Of a stretch of 64,000 nucleotides of DNA, positions 54,204 to 64,000 are shown piece by piece. Position numbers and translations under genes: made by a program. Positions within the stretch are counted from its first letter, which is position 1. Every line of letters starts with the position of its first letter. The DNA comes from a virus (taxonomy: Duplodnaviria > Heunggongvirae > Uroviricota > Caudoviricetes), in IMG/VR virus record IMGVR_UViG_3300032236_001858. One strand, given 5' to 3'. The notes under the pieces are model-generated. The model was not told the origin of the DNA. It did not search any database and worked only from the letters and a program-made list of their open reading frames with translations.

Positions 54204-54809
54204 ATGGCAACTATAAAAAAGTTCAACCAATTTAACACATCTGAATGGATAGGACCTTTAACAATCCTCGATATTAAGGATAATATCGTTTATACTAACT
54301 TTGGTAATTTCTCTAATAAGTCAGAAAATAAATTAACTATAGGCTACTCTTATATTTTAAGAGTTGTAGGTAATGATATTGTTGATACAGGAATGTCCTG
54401 TGTTGACTTAGTTGTTTTAGTAGATACTGGAACAAATTATAAAATTCTTTCTATTAAGCGTGGTAAAGAACCATTCAAAGGAATGTGGGCTAATCCAGGT
54501 GGTAACATTGATGAAGGTGAGATACCTTTAGATGCCGCAATCCGTGAGTTAGAAGAAGAAACAGGACTTCTTATACATCCTAGAGACTTTACTTACGTTG
54601 GTGCCTTTGATAAGCCTTATCGTGACCCTAGAAATAAAAACTGTGTTAGTCATGCTTTTGCTACTGTCTTAGATGAAATCCCAGAAGTTGTAGCTGGTGA
54701 TGATGCTACAGAATGTACTTGGAATGATGTTAGTTATGACGGTGATGTAACCGTTGATATGGCATTTGACCACGCAGAAATAATTAAAAAATCAATTCAA
54801 TCAATTTAA
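54204..54809 (+). CDS. NUDIX hydrolase
   Basis: GGNIDEGE...AAIRELEEETG Nudix box; RDPR, AGDDA. Confidence 0.9.
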   Translation: MATIKKFNQFNTSEWIGPLTILDIKDNIVYTNFGNFSNKSENKLTIGYSYILRVVGNDIVDTGMSCVDLVVLVDTGTNYKILSIKRGKEPFKGMWANPGGNIDEGEIPLDAAIRELEEETGLLIHPRDFTYVGAFDKPYRDPRNKNCVSHAFATVLDEIPEVVAGDDATECTWNDVSYDGDVTVDMAFDHAEIIKKSIQSI

Positions 54810-54810
54810 T

Positions 54811-55299
54811 ATGAATTTAAAATACTTAAAAGAACCATTTGTTATTATCCTTATCGGACCACCTCTTTCGGGTAAATCAACTTGGATTAGAGAAAACTTT
54901 CCAACGACTGAAGTAATTAGTCGTGATGAAACCGTTATGGAAGTATATGGTTCAAGAAACTATACAGAAGCATTTAACAATGTTGATCAAAAAGAAGTAG
55001 ATAGAGTTTTAACTCAAAAGTTTATTGATGCTAATGAGGCTAAGAAAAATGTGATTGTTGATATGACTCATATGGCTTCTAAACGTAGAAAGCAAAATCT
55101 AAACTATTTTTCTGATGATTACTATAAGTTGGGTGTTATCTTTCCTATTTTATCAGATGAAGAATATGAAAGAAGAAACAAAAAAAGAATTGAAGAGGAA
55201 AACAAAGATCTTCCAATGAGAATTGTAAAGAATATGATTTCTTCTTATCAACCAATTCAACCAGATGAAGATTTTAACAAAGTAATAACATTAAAATAA
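54811..55299 (+). CDS. P-loop polynucleotide-kinase-like protein (AAA_33)
   Basis: IGPPLSGKSTW, ISRD, VIVDMTH..KRR. Confidence 0.8.
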   Translation: MNLKYLKEPFVIILIGPPLSGKSTWIRENFPTTEVISRDETVMEVYGSRNYTEAFNNVDQKEVDRVLTQKFIDANEAKKNVIVDMTHMASKRRKQNLNYFSDDYYKLGVIFPILSDEEYERRNKKRIEEENKDLPMRIVKNMISSYQPIQPDEDFNKVITLK

Positions 55300-55304
55300 A
55301 ATAT

Positions 55305-55631
55305 ATGTCAAGTACATTCGACGCATTGGTAGAAGCTATACAGGCTTCTGGTAAAAAATTTAACGAGATTGGTAAAGAATCTATTTTTGCTTATCTTCAA
55401 AAACAAGGTGAACCTAAAAGCACATGGGATTCTACTTATCAAAAACTAAATGATATGTTTACTCCAACTAAAAAGAAATCTAACTTATCAAGTGCTGGAA
55501 ATTCTGGAACTTCTATGATGGTAGATACACATGTGTCTGTTGTTGATTATTCAGACTCATCACACAATGATGTTAAGACTAGACAACCAAGGAAGTCAAT
55601 TTTTTCTGAGATAAAGAAAGTAGCTGGGTAA
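55305..55631 (+). CDS. hypothetical protein
   Basis: 108-aa ORF. Confidence 0.65.
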   Translation: MSSTFDALVEAIQASGKKFNEIGKESIFAYLQKQGEPKSTWDSTYQKLNDMFTPTKKKSNLSSAGNSGTSMMVDTHVSVVDYSDSSHNDVKTRQPRKSIFSEIKKVAG

Positions 55632-55643
55632 AAGAAATTATTT

Positions 55644-55679
55644 AATCATAGGCATACTATAAGTGTGCCTATGATTTTG
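55644..55679 (+). terminator. hairpin/terminator
   Basis: AATCATAGGCATAC-TATAA-GTGTGCCTATGATT. Confidence 0.7.
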
Positions 55680-55727
55680 TATTTTAAAAAGTATTTATTA
55701 TATTTGTATTTCAAATAAAATATATAC

Positions 55728-56090
55728 ATGACTGATTTTATCTCTACATACTCTCTGAACACTAATGAAATTAACAAATTGGTTGATTTTGATTGTGTAA
55801 AATCAGATAGATGGATTGATTTAGTACTTGAAAATGAAGGTCAATTTAGTAGAACTGGTGAGTTCATGGCATTCGATATAGATGGTGTGGAATTAGTTAT
55901 ATTTTATAATTTATCTGTATATGGTAAAATAGAATATGATAGAGGTGATTATTGGACACCACCATATTGTGATGTTGATATCACTGGTGAATCTATTGAT
56001 GTGAATCAAGTTATCTTAGATAACTATGATATTGAGTTAACAAAAGAACTCAAAGATTCATTTTCAAAAGTAATTAAAAATAATTTATAA
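55728..56090 (+). CDS. hypothetical protein
   Basis: Acidic 120-aa ORF after promoter at 55699. Confidence 0.7.
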   Translation: MTDFISTYSLNTNEINKLVDFDCVKSDRWIDLVLENEGQFSRTGEFMAFDIDGVELVIFYNLSVYGKIEYDRGDYWTPPYCDVDITGESIDVNQVILDNYDIELTKELKDSFSKVIKNNL

Positions 56091-56092
56091 TT

Positions 56093-56419
56093 ATGGCAAA
56101 TGTTTATTTTGATAAGGAAAATTACGGTAACTGGGTAGTTTATGAATTAGAAGACTACTATAATTTTAAAGCCGTTAACTATCAAACAAATGAAGAATCA
56201 AATCATATTTTATCTTGGTCTAGAAATTATGATGAATCTGATTTAAGTGATAATGTAGATAGAATCTATGATGTAGAAATAGATGAAGTAAAATATTATT
56301 TTCTTTTTTGTAAAAATAATAAAGGCTGGGATTTAATCTCAGAAGATCCAAGTAAATTAGAACTACTTATAAAAGAAAAAGGTTTATTTTTTACTGGTGA
56401 GACTAAGATAGTTGAGTAA
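56093..56419 (+). CDS. hypothetical protein
   Basis: 108-aa ORF. Confidence 0.65.
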   Translation: MANVYFDKENYGNWVVYELEDYYNFKAVNYQTNEESNHILSWSRNYDESDLSDNVDRIYDVEIDEVKYYFLFCKNNKGWDLISEDPSKLELLIKEKGLFFTGETKIVE

Positions 56420-57241
56420 GTTATCCATCAATTGGTCAGCTCTTTCAAAAAATTCTTTATTCTTTAATACTTTTATATTCGCTGTATAATAGTCAACTCC
56501 TTTATTTACATAAAATGATTGTACCAATTCATCAGGTACATAAACACCGGAATACTTTAATTGATTTATAAAAGGCATAACAACATTTTTAGGATTGTGT
56601 GAAAAGCCATCATCCATAATATCATATGAATCCGGTAATTCTCTATCGTGATAATCATCGGCACCATCATCACCATGTACATAAAACCCCGCAACTTTAC
56701 CTTCTAAATGATTTCTTAAAAGACTATCAAATTTTCTAGACTTTGATAGTTTACCAGTCACCTCGGCATTTTTAATATTCTCTCTACCCAATACATTAAT
56801 AGCATCCCAAACATTCATAGTTAAGTTAGAACAAACTAAACGATCAAACATTGTTTTAACTTGAGCTGATAAAGAATGCCAATGAACAGGTGAAACAATT
56901 ATAAAAGCATCACATTCTTGTAATAGATTATAAACATCTAATTCGTGTAGTAAGTCAGGTACTTTTTGGTCACCTTTGTTATAACAAGAACAAGGAAAGT
57001 GACAATGATAACCACCCGCAGTTGAAACACAACCTTTACAAGGTTGAATAGTTGGCTTCTTATATTGATTAACAGAAAGGTCTATAAGTTTGAAGTTAAT
57101 AAAAGGAGACCACTCTTCTAAAATATAATCAACAATAACATGACTTTTAGAGTCCATGCCAGGACAAGTATCTTTATCTCTTGGAGAACCTTGAAATAAA
57201 ACGACATTTGGTTTTTTGTCACCGAGCTTTCTAATAATCAT
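56384..57241 (-). CDS. iron-sulfur flavoprotein / NADPH-dependent FMN reductase family
   Basis: QGSPR, PCKGC..CH.PCSC, SPVHW, MFDRL. Confidence 0.8.
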   Translation of the reverse strand: MIIRKLGDKKPNVVLFQGSPRDKDTCPGMDSKSHVIVDYILEEWSPFINFKLIDLSVNQYKKPTIQPCKGCVSTAGGYHCHFPCSCYNKGDQKVPDLLHELDVYNLLQECDAFIIVSPVHWHSLSAQVKTMFDRLVCSNLTMNVWDAINVLGRENIKNAEVTGKLSKSRKFDSLLRNHLEGKVAGFYVHGDDGADDYHDRELPDSYDIMDDGFSHNPKNVVMPFINQLKYSGVYVPDELVQSFYVNKGVDYYTANIKVLKNKEFFERADQLMDNLLNYLSLTSKK

Positions 57242-57278
57242 ATTTGTATATATTAATTATTTTTACTATCTTTGCCTT

Positions 57279-57707
57279 ATGAAAGTTAGTTTTGATTTTG
57301 ATAATACGTTATCTCGAAAGGATGTTCAAGAGTTTGCCAAAGAGTTGGTGAATGAAGGGCACGAAGTTTGGATTGTTACTTCTAGGTTTGATGATGAAAC
57401 TGCTGAAAAAAACCTTAATAAATCTGGTCTTTTTGCCGGTGTTGTTAATCAAAACCAAAAACTTTTTAAGGTTGCTGAACAATGTGGCATTAAAAAAGAG
57501 AATATTCAATTTACTTGTATGGAATCTAAATCTTTATTTTTAGAAGGTAAAGGATTTATATTTCATTTAGATGATGATGATATTGAGTTGATGGATATTC
57601 ATGAAAATAATAAATTTACTGGTTATAAATGTTTTCCAGTTCATGTTGACCATTTTGAGTGGAAAGAAACTTGTAAAGATATTTTGAAAAAAAGTTTGGC
57701 GGAATAA
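57279..57707 (+). CDS. HAD-superfamily phosphatase
   Basis: SFDFDNTL (DxDxT), IVTSR, HLDDD. Confidence 0.8.
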   Translation: MKVSFDFDNTLSRKDVQEFAKELVNEGHEVWIVTSRFDDETAEKNLNKSGLFAGVVNQNQKLFKVAEQCGIKKENIQFTCMESKSLFLEGKGFIFHLDDDDIELMDIHENNKFTGYKCFPVHVDHFEWKETCKDILKKSLAE

Positions 57708-57967
57708 AAAATTGTTGTATCTTTGTGTAACAAAAAGAGAACACAATGATTAAATAATAAATGAAAACAATTTTCGTAATTAAATTATTTGTAATTCTAG
57801 GAATTACAAGTATGGGTCCGAAAAACTATTCTTACTCTATAACATTGGCGACACGGTGCCGATAATGGAAGAAAAACAAATTAGAGTGGATATTTATCCA
57901 AATTCTAAAAAGTGATAAAAATTTGCGGTTTTTTACAACTTTTGAAAATCGTAAAGTATAACATAAA

Positions 57968-58118
57968 GAGTTTTCGTAGTGGTTAACTCTTAATTCCTCC
58001 AACTGAGGGGTCTGTTTTTACAGGGTGGGTACTAAACCCCACGCAAAGTTTTCGTAGTGGTTAACTTACCTCTGAACAGAGGGGTCTGTTTTTACAGGGT
58101 GGATACCTAACTCCACAC
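57968..58118 (+). ncRNA. tandem pair of about 75-nt four-hairpin structured elements
   Basis: Two copies (57968-58043, 58046-58118) with compensatory stem changes. Confidence 0.65.
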
Positions 58119-58131
58119 TAAAATTAATTCT

Positions 58132-58242
58132 ATGAATGACACGGAAATGTATGCTTTAATAGCAACTCCTGTTATATTGTTTGGTTCAATAGCAATCGCA
58201 GTGTATAAGGAAAAGAGAGCCAAGAGAAAGAAAGGCGTTTAA
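58132..58242 (+). CDS. small single-pass membrane protein (36 aa)
   Basis: Hydrophobic helix with basic tail KRAKRKK, followed by a terminator. Confidence 0.55.
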   Translation: MNDTEMYALIATPVILFGSIAIAVYKEKRAKRKKGV

Positions 58243-58267
58243 TCCCATCTAAGATGGGATTTTTTTT
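58241..58267 (+). terminator. intrinsic terminator
   Basis: AATCCCATCT-A-AGATGGGATT + T tract. Confidence 0.75.
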
Positions 58268-58302
58268 GTAAAACTTTTTAATAATTTTTAATATTAACAT
58301 TA

Positions 58303-58752
58303 ATGGATTTACTAACATCAGAAATAGATATTTTACTTCTTATATTACCTAGAATTTTAGTAGCCACAATATGTGGATTTCTTGTAGGTTGGGATAGAGA
58401 AAAGAAAAAGAAAGTAGCCGGTTTAAGAACAATGGTTCTTATTAGCGTTGGTACTTGTATATTTGTTTTATCAGCTCTTGTTTGTTCAAAAATGTATAAT
58501 ATATCAGACCCATCCAGAATTATATCAACTATTATAACTGGTATAGGATTTTTAGGTGCTGGTGTTATTATGAAACATGATGATAAAATTGTTGGTGTAA
58601 CAACCGCTTCTTTTATATGGGTAATCGCGGGTATAGGTATTATGGCTGGTCTTGGAATAATTATTATGCCAATTGTTTTGACTTTTGGACTTTTATTCAT
58701 ATCTTCGTATTTCGAAAAATTAGAAAAGTACATACAAAGAAAAAATCAATAG
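58303..58752 (+). CDS. MgtC/SapB family membrane protein
   Basis: GWDRE..AGLRT, DPSRIISTIITGIGFLGAG, GVTTAS. Confidence 0.9.
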   Translation: MDLLTSEIDILLLILPRILVATICGFLVGWDREKKKKVAGLRTMVLISVGTCIFVLSALVCSKMYNISDPSRIISTIITGIGFLGAGVIMKHDDKIVGVTTASFIWVIAGIGIMAGLGIIIMPIVLTFGLLFISSYFEKLEKYIQRKNQ

Positions 58753-59241
58753 ATGAAATTAGAAATCGAACGCAAATTTCTATTGAAGGCTATGCCTGAT
58801 ATAGATCCTACCGAGGTTGTTAAAATTGACCAATACTATTTTAAAAATTCAAAAGGTGTTTGGGAACGAGCTCGATCATGGGAGTCTAATAAGAATGGTA
58901 AAAAATATATTCACACGGTTAAAAAAAGCATTTCTAAAGGTGTAAACCTTGAAGATGAAAAAGCATTAACTGATGTTGAGTTTGTTGATTTTAAAAATAA
59001 GTGTTTATCAAAAACACTTGAGTCTAAATTCATTTCCAAAGAAAGATGGATTTATCCAGATGGTAAACTTTATTGGGAAGTTGATATTTTTAATAGTGGT
59101 CACCATTTAATTGTAGCAGAGATTGAAATACCTACAAAAAGCTATAAATTGACTATTCCGGATTTTATTAAAGATAAAATGCTGTTAGAAGTAACAGGAT
59201 TAAAACAATTCAGTAATAGAAACCTTTCTAATAAAATCTAA
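58753..59241 (+). CDS. CYTH-domain protein
   Basis: EIERKFL, KERW, WEVDIF, VAEIE. Confidence 0.88.
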   Translation: MKLEIERKFLLKAMPDIDPTEVVKIDQYYFKNSKGVWERARSWESNKNGKKYIHTVKKSISKGVNLEDEKALTDVEFVDFKNKCLSKTLESKFISKERWIYPDGKLYWEVDIFNSGHHLIVAEIEIPTKSYKLTIPDFIKDKMLLEVTGLKQFSNRNLSNKI

Positions 59242-59251
59242 TATAAAAAAC

Positions 59252-59785
59252 ATGAGTAATAAATTAGAATTAAGAATGTATGGTCTTGTACCATATAATA
59301 TTTCACCAATTCAACAAGCTATCCAATTTGGACACGCTGTTGTTGAGTATGGTCAAAAAATGAAATACTTAGGTGAACATAAGCAGTCACTGAATACTCA
59401 GTACAATGATTGGGCTGATAACTGGAAAACATTTATCATCTTAAATGGTGGTACGACAAATCATAAAACTTCCTTAGAAAATGGATTACCATTTGGTAGT
59501 CTGAATAACCACTTACTTACTTTATCTGAAAATGATGTTGAGCTTGCTCATTTTAGTGAGCCAGATTTGGGTGACCAATTAACTGCGGTTGTTTTCATTG
59601 TTGATGAAAGAGTATTTAATAAAAAGAAATATCCGGATTTTGGATTTGACTATGATGAAATAAATGAATGCTTTGTTAGAAATACTAATTTTGGTCTAAA
59701 GCCAGACTCTGCTTGGAAAGAAAGTATAGGTGGTGCTAAAAATGTCTTCCTAAGAGACTTTTTGAAAAACTTTAGATTAGCTTAA
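59252..59785 (+). CDS. Pth2-like peptidyl-tRNA hydrolase fold protein
   Basis: ISPIQQAIQFGHA, FIILNGG, FSEPDLGDQLTAV. Confidence 0.6.
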   Translation: MSNKLELRMYGLVPYNISPIQQAIQFGHAVVEYGQKMKYLGEHKQSLNTQYNDWADNWKTFIILNGGTTNHKTSLENGLPFGSLNNHLLTLSENDVELAHFSEPDLGDQLTAVVFIVDERVFNKKKYPDFGFDYDEINECFVRNTNFGLKPDSAWKESIGGAKNVFLRDFLKNFRLA

Positions 59786-59787
59786 CT

Positions 59788-60135
59788 ATGGCTGAAAGTT
59801 GGATAAAGATTAATGATGAAATATTTTACACTAAAGATATATCAATTCAATTAAGTATTGGATCACATGCTTCTTTATCATTGACATTTGATATTAATAA
59901 ATATCCAAGCTATTCAAATATATTTTTTACTAAATATGATGGTCGTGAAAAATTTAATATTGTAGGTAAAGATTTTGAAGCAAAAGGAACTATAATTAAA
60001 ACAATTGATATTGATAAAAGTACAATGATTGTATCTGTTAGATGTGATTTGCTTAATCATAAAGATATTTCAGAAAGAAGAGAAGAAATTCTTGATAAAG
60101 TACTAAACAACCCTGAAAATAATAATATAAAATAA
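59788..60135 (+). CDS. hypothetical protein with RREE variant of the C-terminal motif
   Basis: ERREEILDKVLN near the C-terminus. Confidence 0.65.
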   Translation: MAESWIKINDEIFYTKDISIQLSIGSHASLSLTFDINKYPSYSNIFFTKYDGREKFNIVGKDFEAKGTIIKTIDIDKSTMIVSVRCDLLNHKDISERREEILDKVLNNPENNNIK

Positions 60136-60153
60136 ACAAGTAAAATTTAAAAT

Positions 60154-62286
<2,133 letters not shown>

Positions 62287-62311
62287 ACTTCCTTCTGTTC
62301 ATATCAAAGAT

Positions 62312-62340
62312 AAGAGAGAGTTGAAAAACTCTCTCTTTTT
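62312..62340 (+). terminator. intrinsic terminator
   Basis: AAGAGAGAGT-TGAAAA-ACTCTCTCTTTTT. Confidence 0.85.
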
Positions 62341-62377
62341 ATTTTAAACAATTATTATAATAATCAGTATAAACAAT

Positions 62378-62962
62378 ATGGTACTTTACATTTTTATAAC
62401 ACATCAGAAAAACATAAATAACTGCTATAATAGAATCTTTAATATGATGAAGGATGATTTTATAGTCGTTCAGGGTGGATTTGCTAAAGATGAATATGAT
62501 GAGGACAAAAAAATACTGAAATTGAATTGTAATGATTTATATGTAGGTCTGCCGGAAAAAGTTATGAAAACATTTCATTATTTAATTAGTGATGATAGAT
62601 TTAGTAAATATACACACTTTTGTAAATTGGATGATGATATGATAGTTACTAAAAGATTTGAAAATTTAACTGATGATTATTTAGGTAATGTTTCTTATCA
62701 AGAGGGTAATAGAAATTGGCACATTGGTAGATGTGGTAATTTTTGGGATAAGATTCCATATTTAGGTAAATTTGTACCTTGGTGTATGGGTGGGTTTGGT
62801 TATGTTGTTTCAAGAAAAGCTTTGCAAAAAGTATTACCAAATTTTAACTATTTAGATCATATTTATGAAGATCTATACATGGGTATTATTTTAAATAATT
62901 CAGGCATACTACCTAAAATGATAAATACAAAAGAATATCTGATAAGCCCAGACCATAAATAA
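62378..62962 (+). CDS. galactosyltransferase-like (GT31-type) protein
   Basis: YVGLPEKV, FCKLDDD, GGFGYVVSR, YEDLYMG. Confidence 0.72.
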   Translation: MVLYIFITHQKNINNCYNRIFNMMKDDFIVVQGGFAKDEYDEDKKILKLNCNDLYVGLPEKVMKTFHYLISDDRFSKYTHFCKLDDDMIVTKRFENLTDDYLGNVSYQEGNRNWHIGRCGNFWDKIPYLGKFVPWCMGGFGYVVSRKALQKVLPNFNYLDHIYEDLYMGIILNNSGILPKMINTKEYLISPDHK

Positions 62963-62973
62963 GTAAAATAGTA

Positions 62974-63996
62974 ATGATTAAAATTTATACCTATGCTCAT
63001 AAAAGACCAGATTTTATCGCAATTCAATTTGACTCTATTTCTAAATACCTTAAAGACGACTATGAATATGTTGTTTTTAACAACGCTATAGATGATGAAA
63101 ATTTAAGTTCTCAAATAGAAAAAGAATGTCAAAAGATTAATATAAAATGTATAAAAGTACAGCTACAAGAAGATATTAATAATCAAAATTTTATTGATGG
63201 TTCTGAGATACAATTTATAAATAACAATGGTAATTACAAATACGCTAATCCAAATGTTGCTTGTTCTTACCCTCTTATTTGGTCTTTTAAAAATATTATA
63301 TCTAAAGATGATAATGAAAATATAATTGTTATCATTGATTCTGATATGTTTTTTAGTAGAGATATCTCTATTAAAGATTTAATGACCGGTTATGATATAG
63401 CCTTTATTCCTCAATATAGAAATAATGATGTTCACTATATGTGGAATGGGTTTGTTATTATAGATGGTAGTAAAAATAATTTAAATGAAATAAACTGGTT
63501 TTGTGGAAGAGTTAATGGCCAACCTGTTGATGTTGGTGGACAAACTCATTTTTATCTTAAAAATAATCCTCAATTAAAAATAATGTATTTAGAGTTTTGG
63601 AATCTAAATGAATTTAATAATGATGAATATAGATCACATCTAAATGGTAATATGTGCGTTCTTTTTTCTTTGAAAGACAATGAAGTTGTAGATTTTACTC
63701 CAATAGATAGTAGGTTTACTGATAATAATAAATTATTTGATTACGAAATAGATAAAGATAGTTTTGATGAGTATATAAAATACTATACAGATAATATTAA
63801 ATATATTAAAAACTCTGTAGAATCATTTAACTTTCCAAAACCAGAGCATATAGATTTTATAAAATGTTATAATAAAAAAATAGAAGACTCTTTTATTTTT
63901 CATTACAAGAGTGGTAGTAACTATCTAAACTTCCAAGATAATAATTATAATAAGTTAAAGACTAATGCTCTTAAAAAATTAATTGAATCACTATGA
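62974..63996 (+). CDS. glycosyltransferase-like protein
   Basis: RPDFI..Q, IIDSDMFF DxD motif, DVGG, FHYKSGSNY. Confidence 0.65.
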   Translation: MIKIYTYAHKRPDFIAIQFDSISKYLKDDYEYVVFNNAIDDENLSSQIEKECQKINIKCIKVQLQEDINNQNFIDGSEIQFINNNGNYKYANPNVACSYPLIWSFKNIISKDDNENIIVIIDSDMFFSRDISIKDLMTGYDIAFIPQYRNNDVHYMWNGFVIIDGSKNNLNEINWFCGRVNGQPVDVGGQTHFYLKNNPQLKIMYLEFWNLNEFNNDEYRSHLNGNMCVLFSLKDNEVVDFTPIDSRFTDNNKLFDYEIDKDSFDEYIKYYTDNIKYIKNSVESFNFPKPEHIDFIKCYNKKIEDSFIFHYKSGSNYLNFQDNNYNKLKTNALKKLIESL

Positions 63997-64000
63997 TATT

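Noticed and set aside
57761-57915. Short ORFs (34 aa and 16 aa) as a sixth attenuator leader
   Set aside because: No control-codon run, no adjacent terminator/antiterminator pair, no tRNAs downstream
57968-58118. CRISPR array
   Set aside because: Only two ~75-nt units with internal structure and no unique spacers; no cas genes

Overview
AT-rich 64-kb segment that reads as part of a very large T4-like (myovirus) phage genome with a probable Bacteroidota host, not a bacterial chromosome. Support: a T4 gp14-like neck gene, dense short hypothetical ORFs, no core bacterial operons, about 17 Bacteroidota-type TAnnTTTG promoters, a second TAATATATA box 4-6 nt before many start codons, and three proteins with type IX secretion (T9SS) type-B C-terminal domains. 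The window is rich in translation functions: about 39 recognisable tRNA genes plus about 9 atypical or degenerate ones, LeuRS (minimal), GluRS, GlnRS, Thg1, a Pth2-like protein and candidate tRNA-repair enzymes. Main finding: five tRNA arrays are each preceded by a short leader ORF, an antiterminator segment and an intrinsic terminator. The amino acids enriched in each leader match the tRNAs (and synthetase) downstream: YYYEGE -> Tyr/Glu; IIGGGAGA -> Gly/Ala plus a UAU element; MNLNMNMNLTVVLNTLCIR -> Asn/Leu/Met/Thr/Val/Ile/Cys + LeuRS; PQPQ..DQDP -> Asp/Pro; QYQQQQQ -> Gln + GlnRS. This looks like amino-acid-specific ribosome-mediated attenuation of phage tRNA operons, which I do not know to have been described. 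Other oddities: D-armless tRNA-like RNAs, long variable arms on normally short-arm tRNAs, A54:U58 T-loops, a T4-capsid-targeting-like N-terminal tag on about 14 proteins including GluRS, a shared C-terminal RDxKI motif, and a tandem covarying structured RNA. All calls were made by eye; no database searches or folding programs were run, and coordinates may be off by a base or two.
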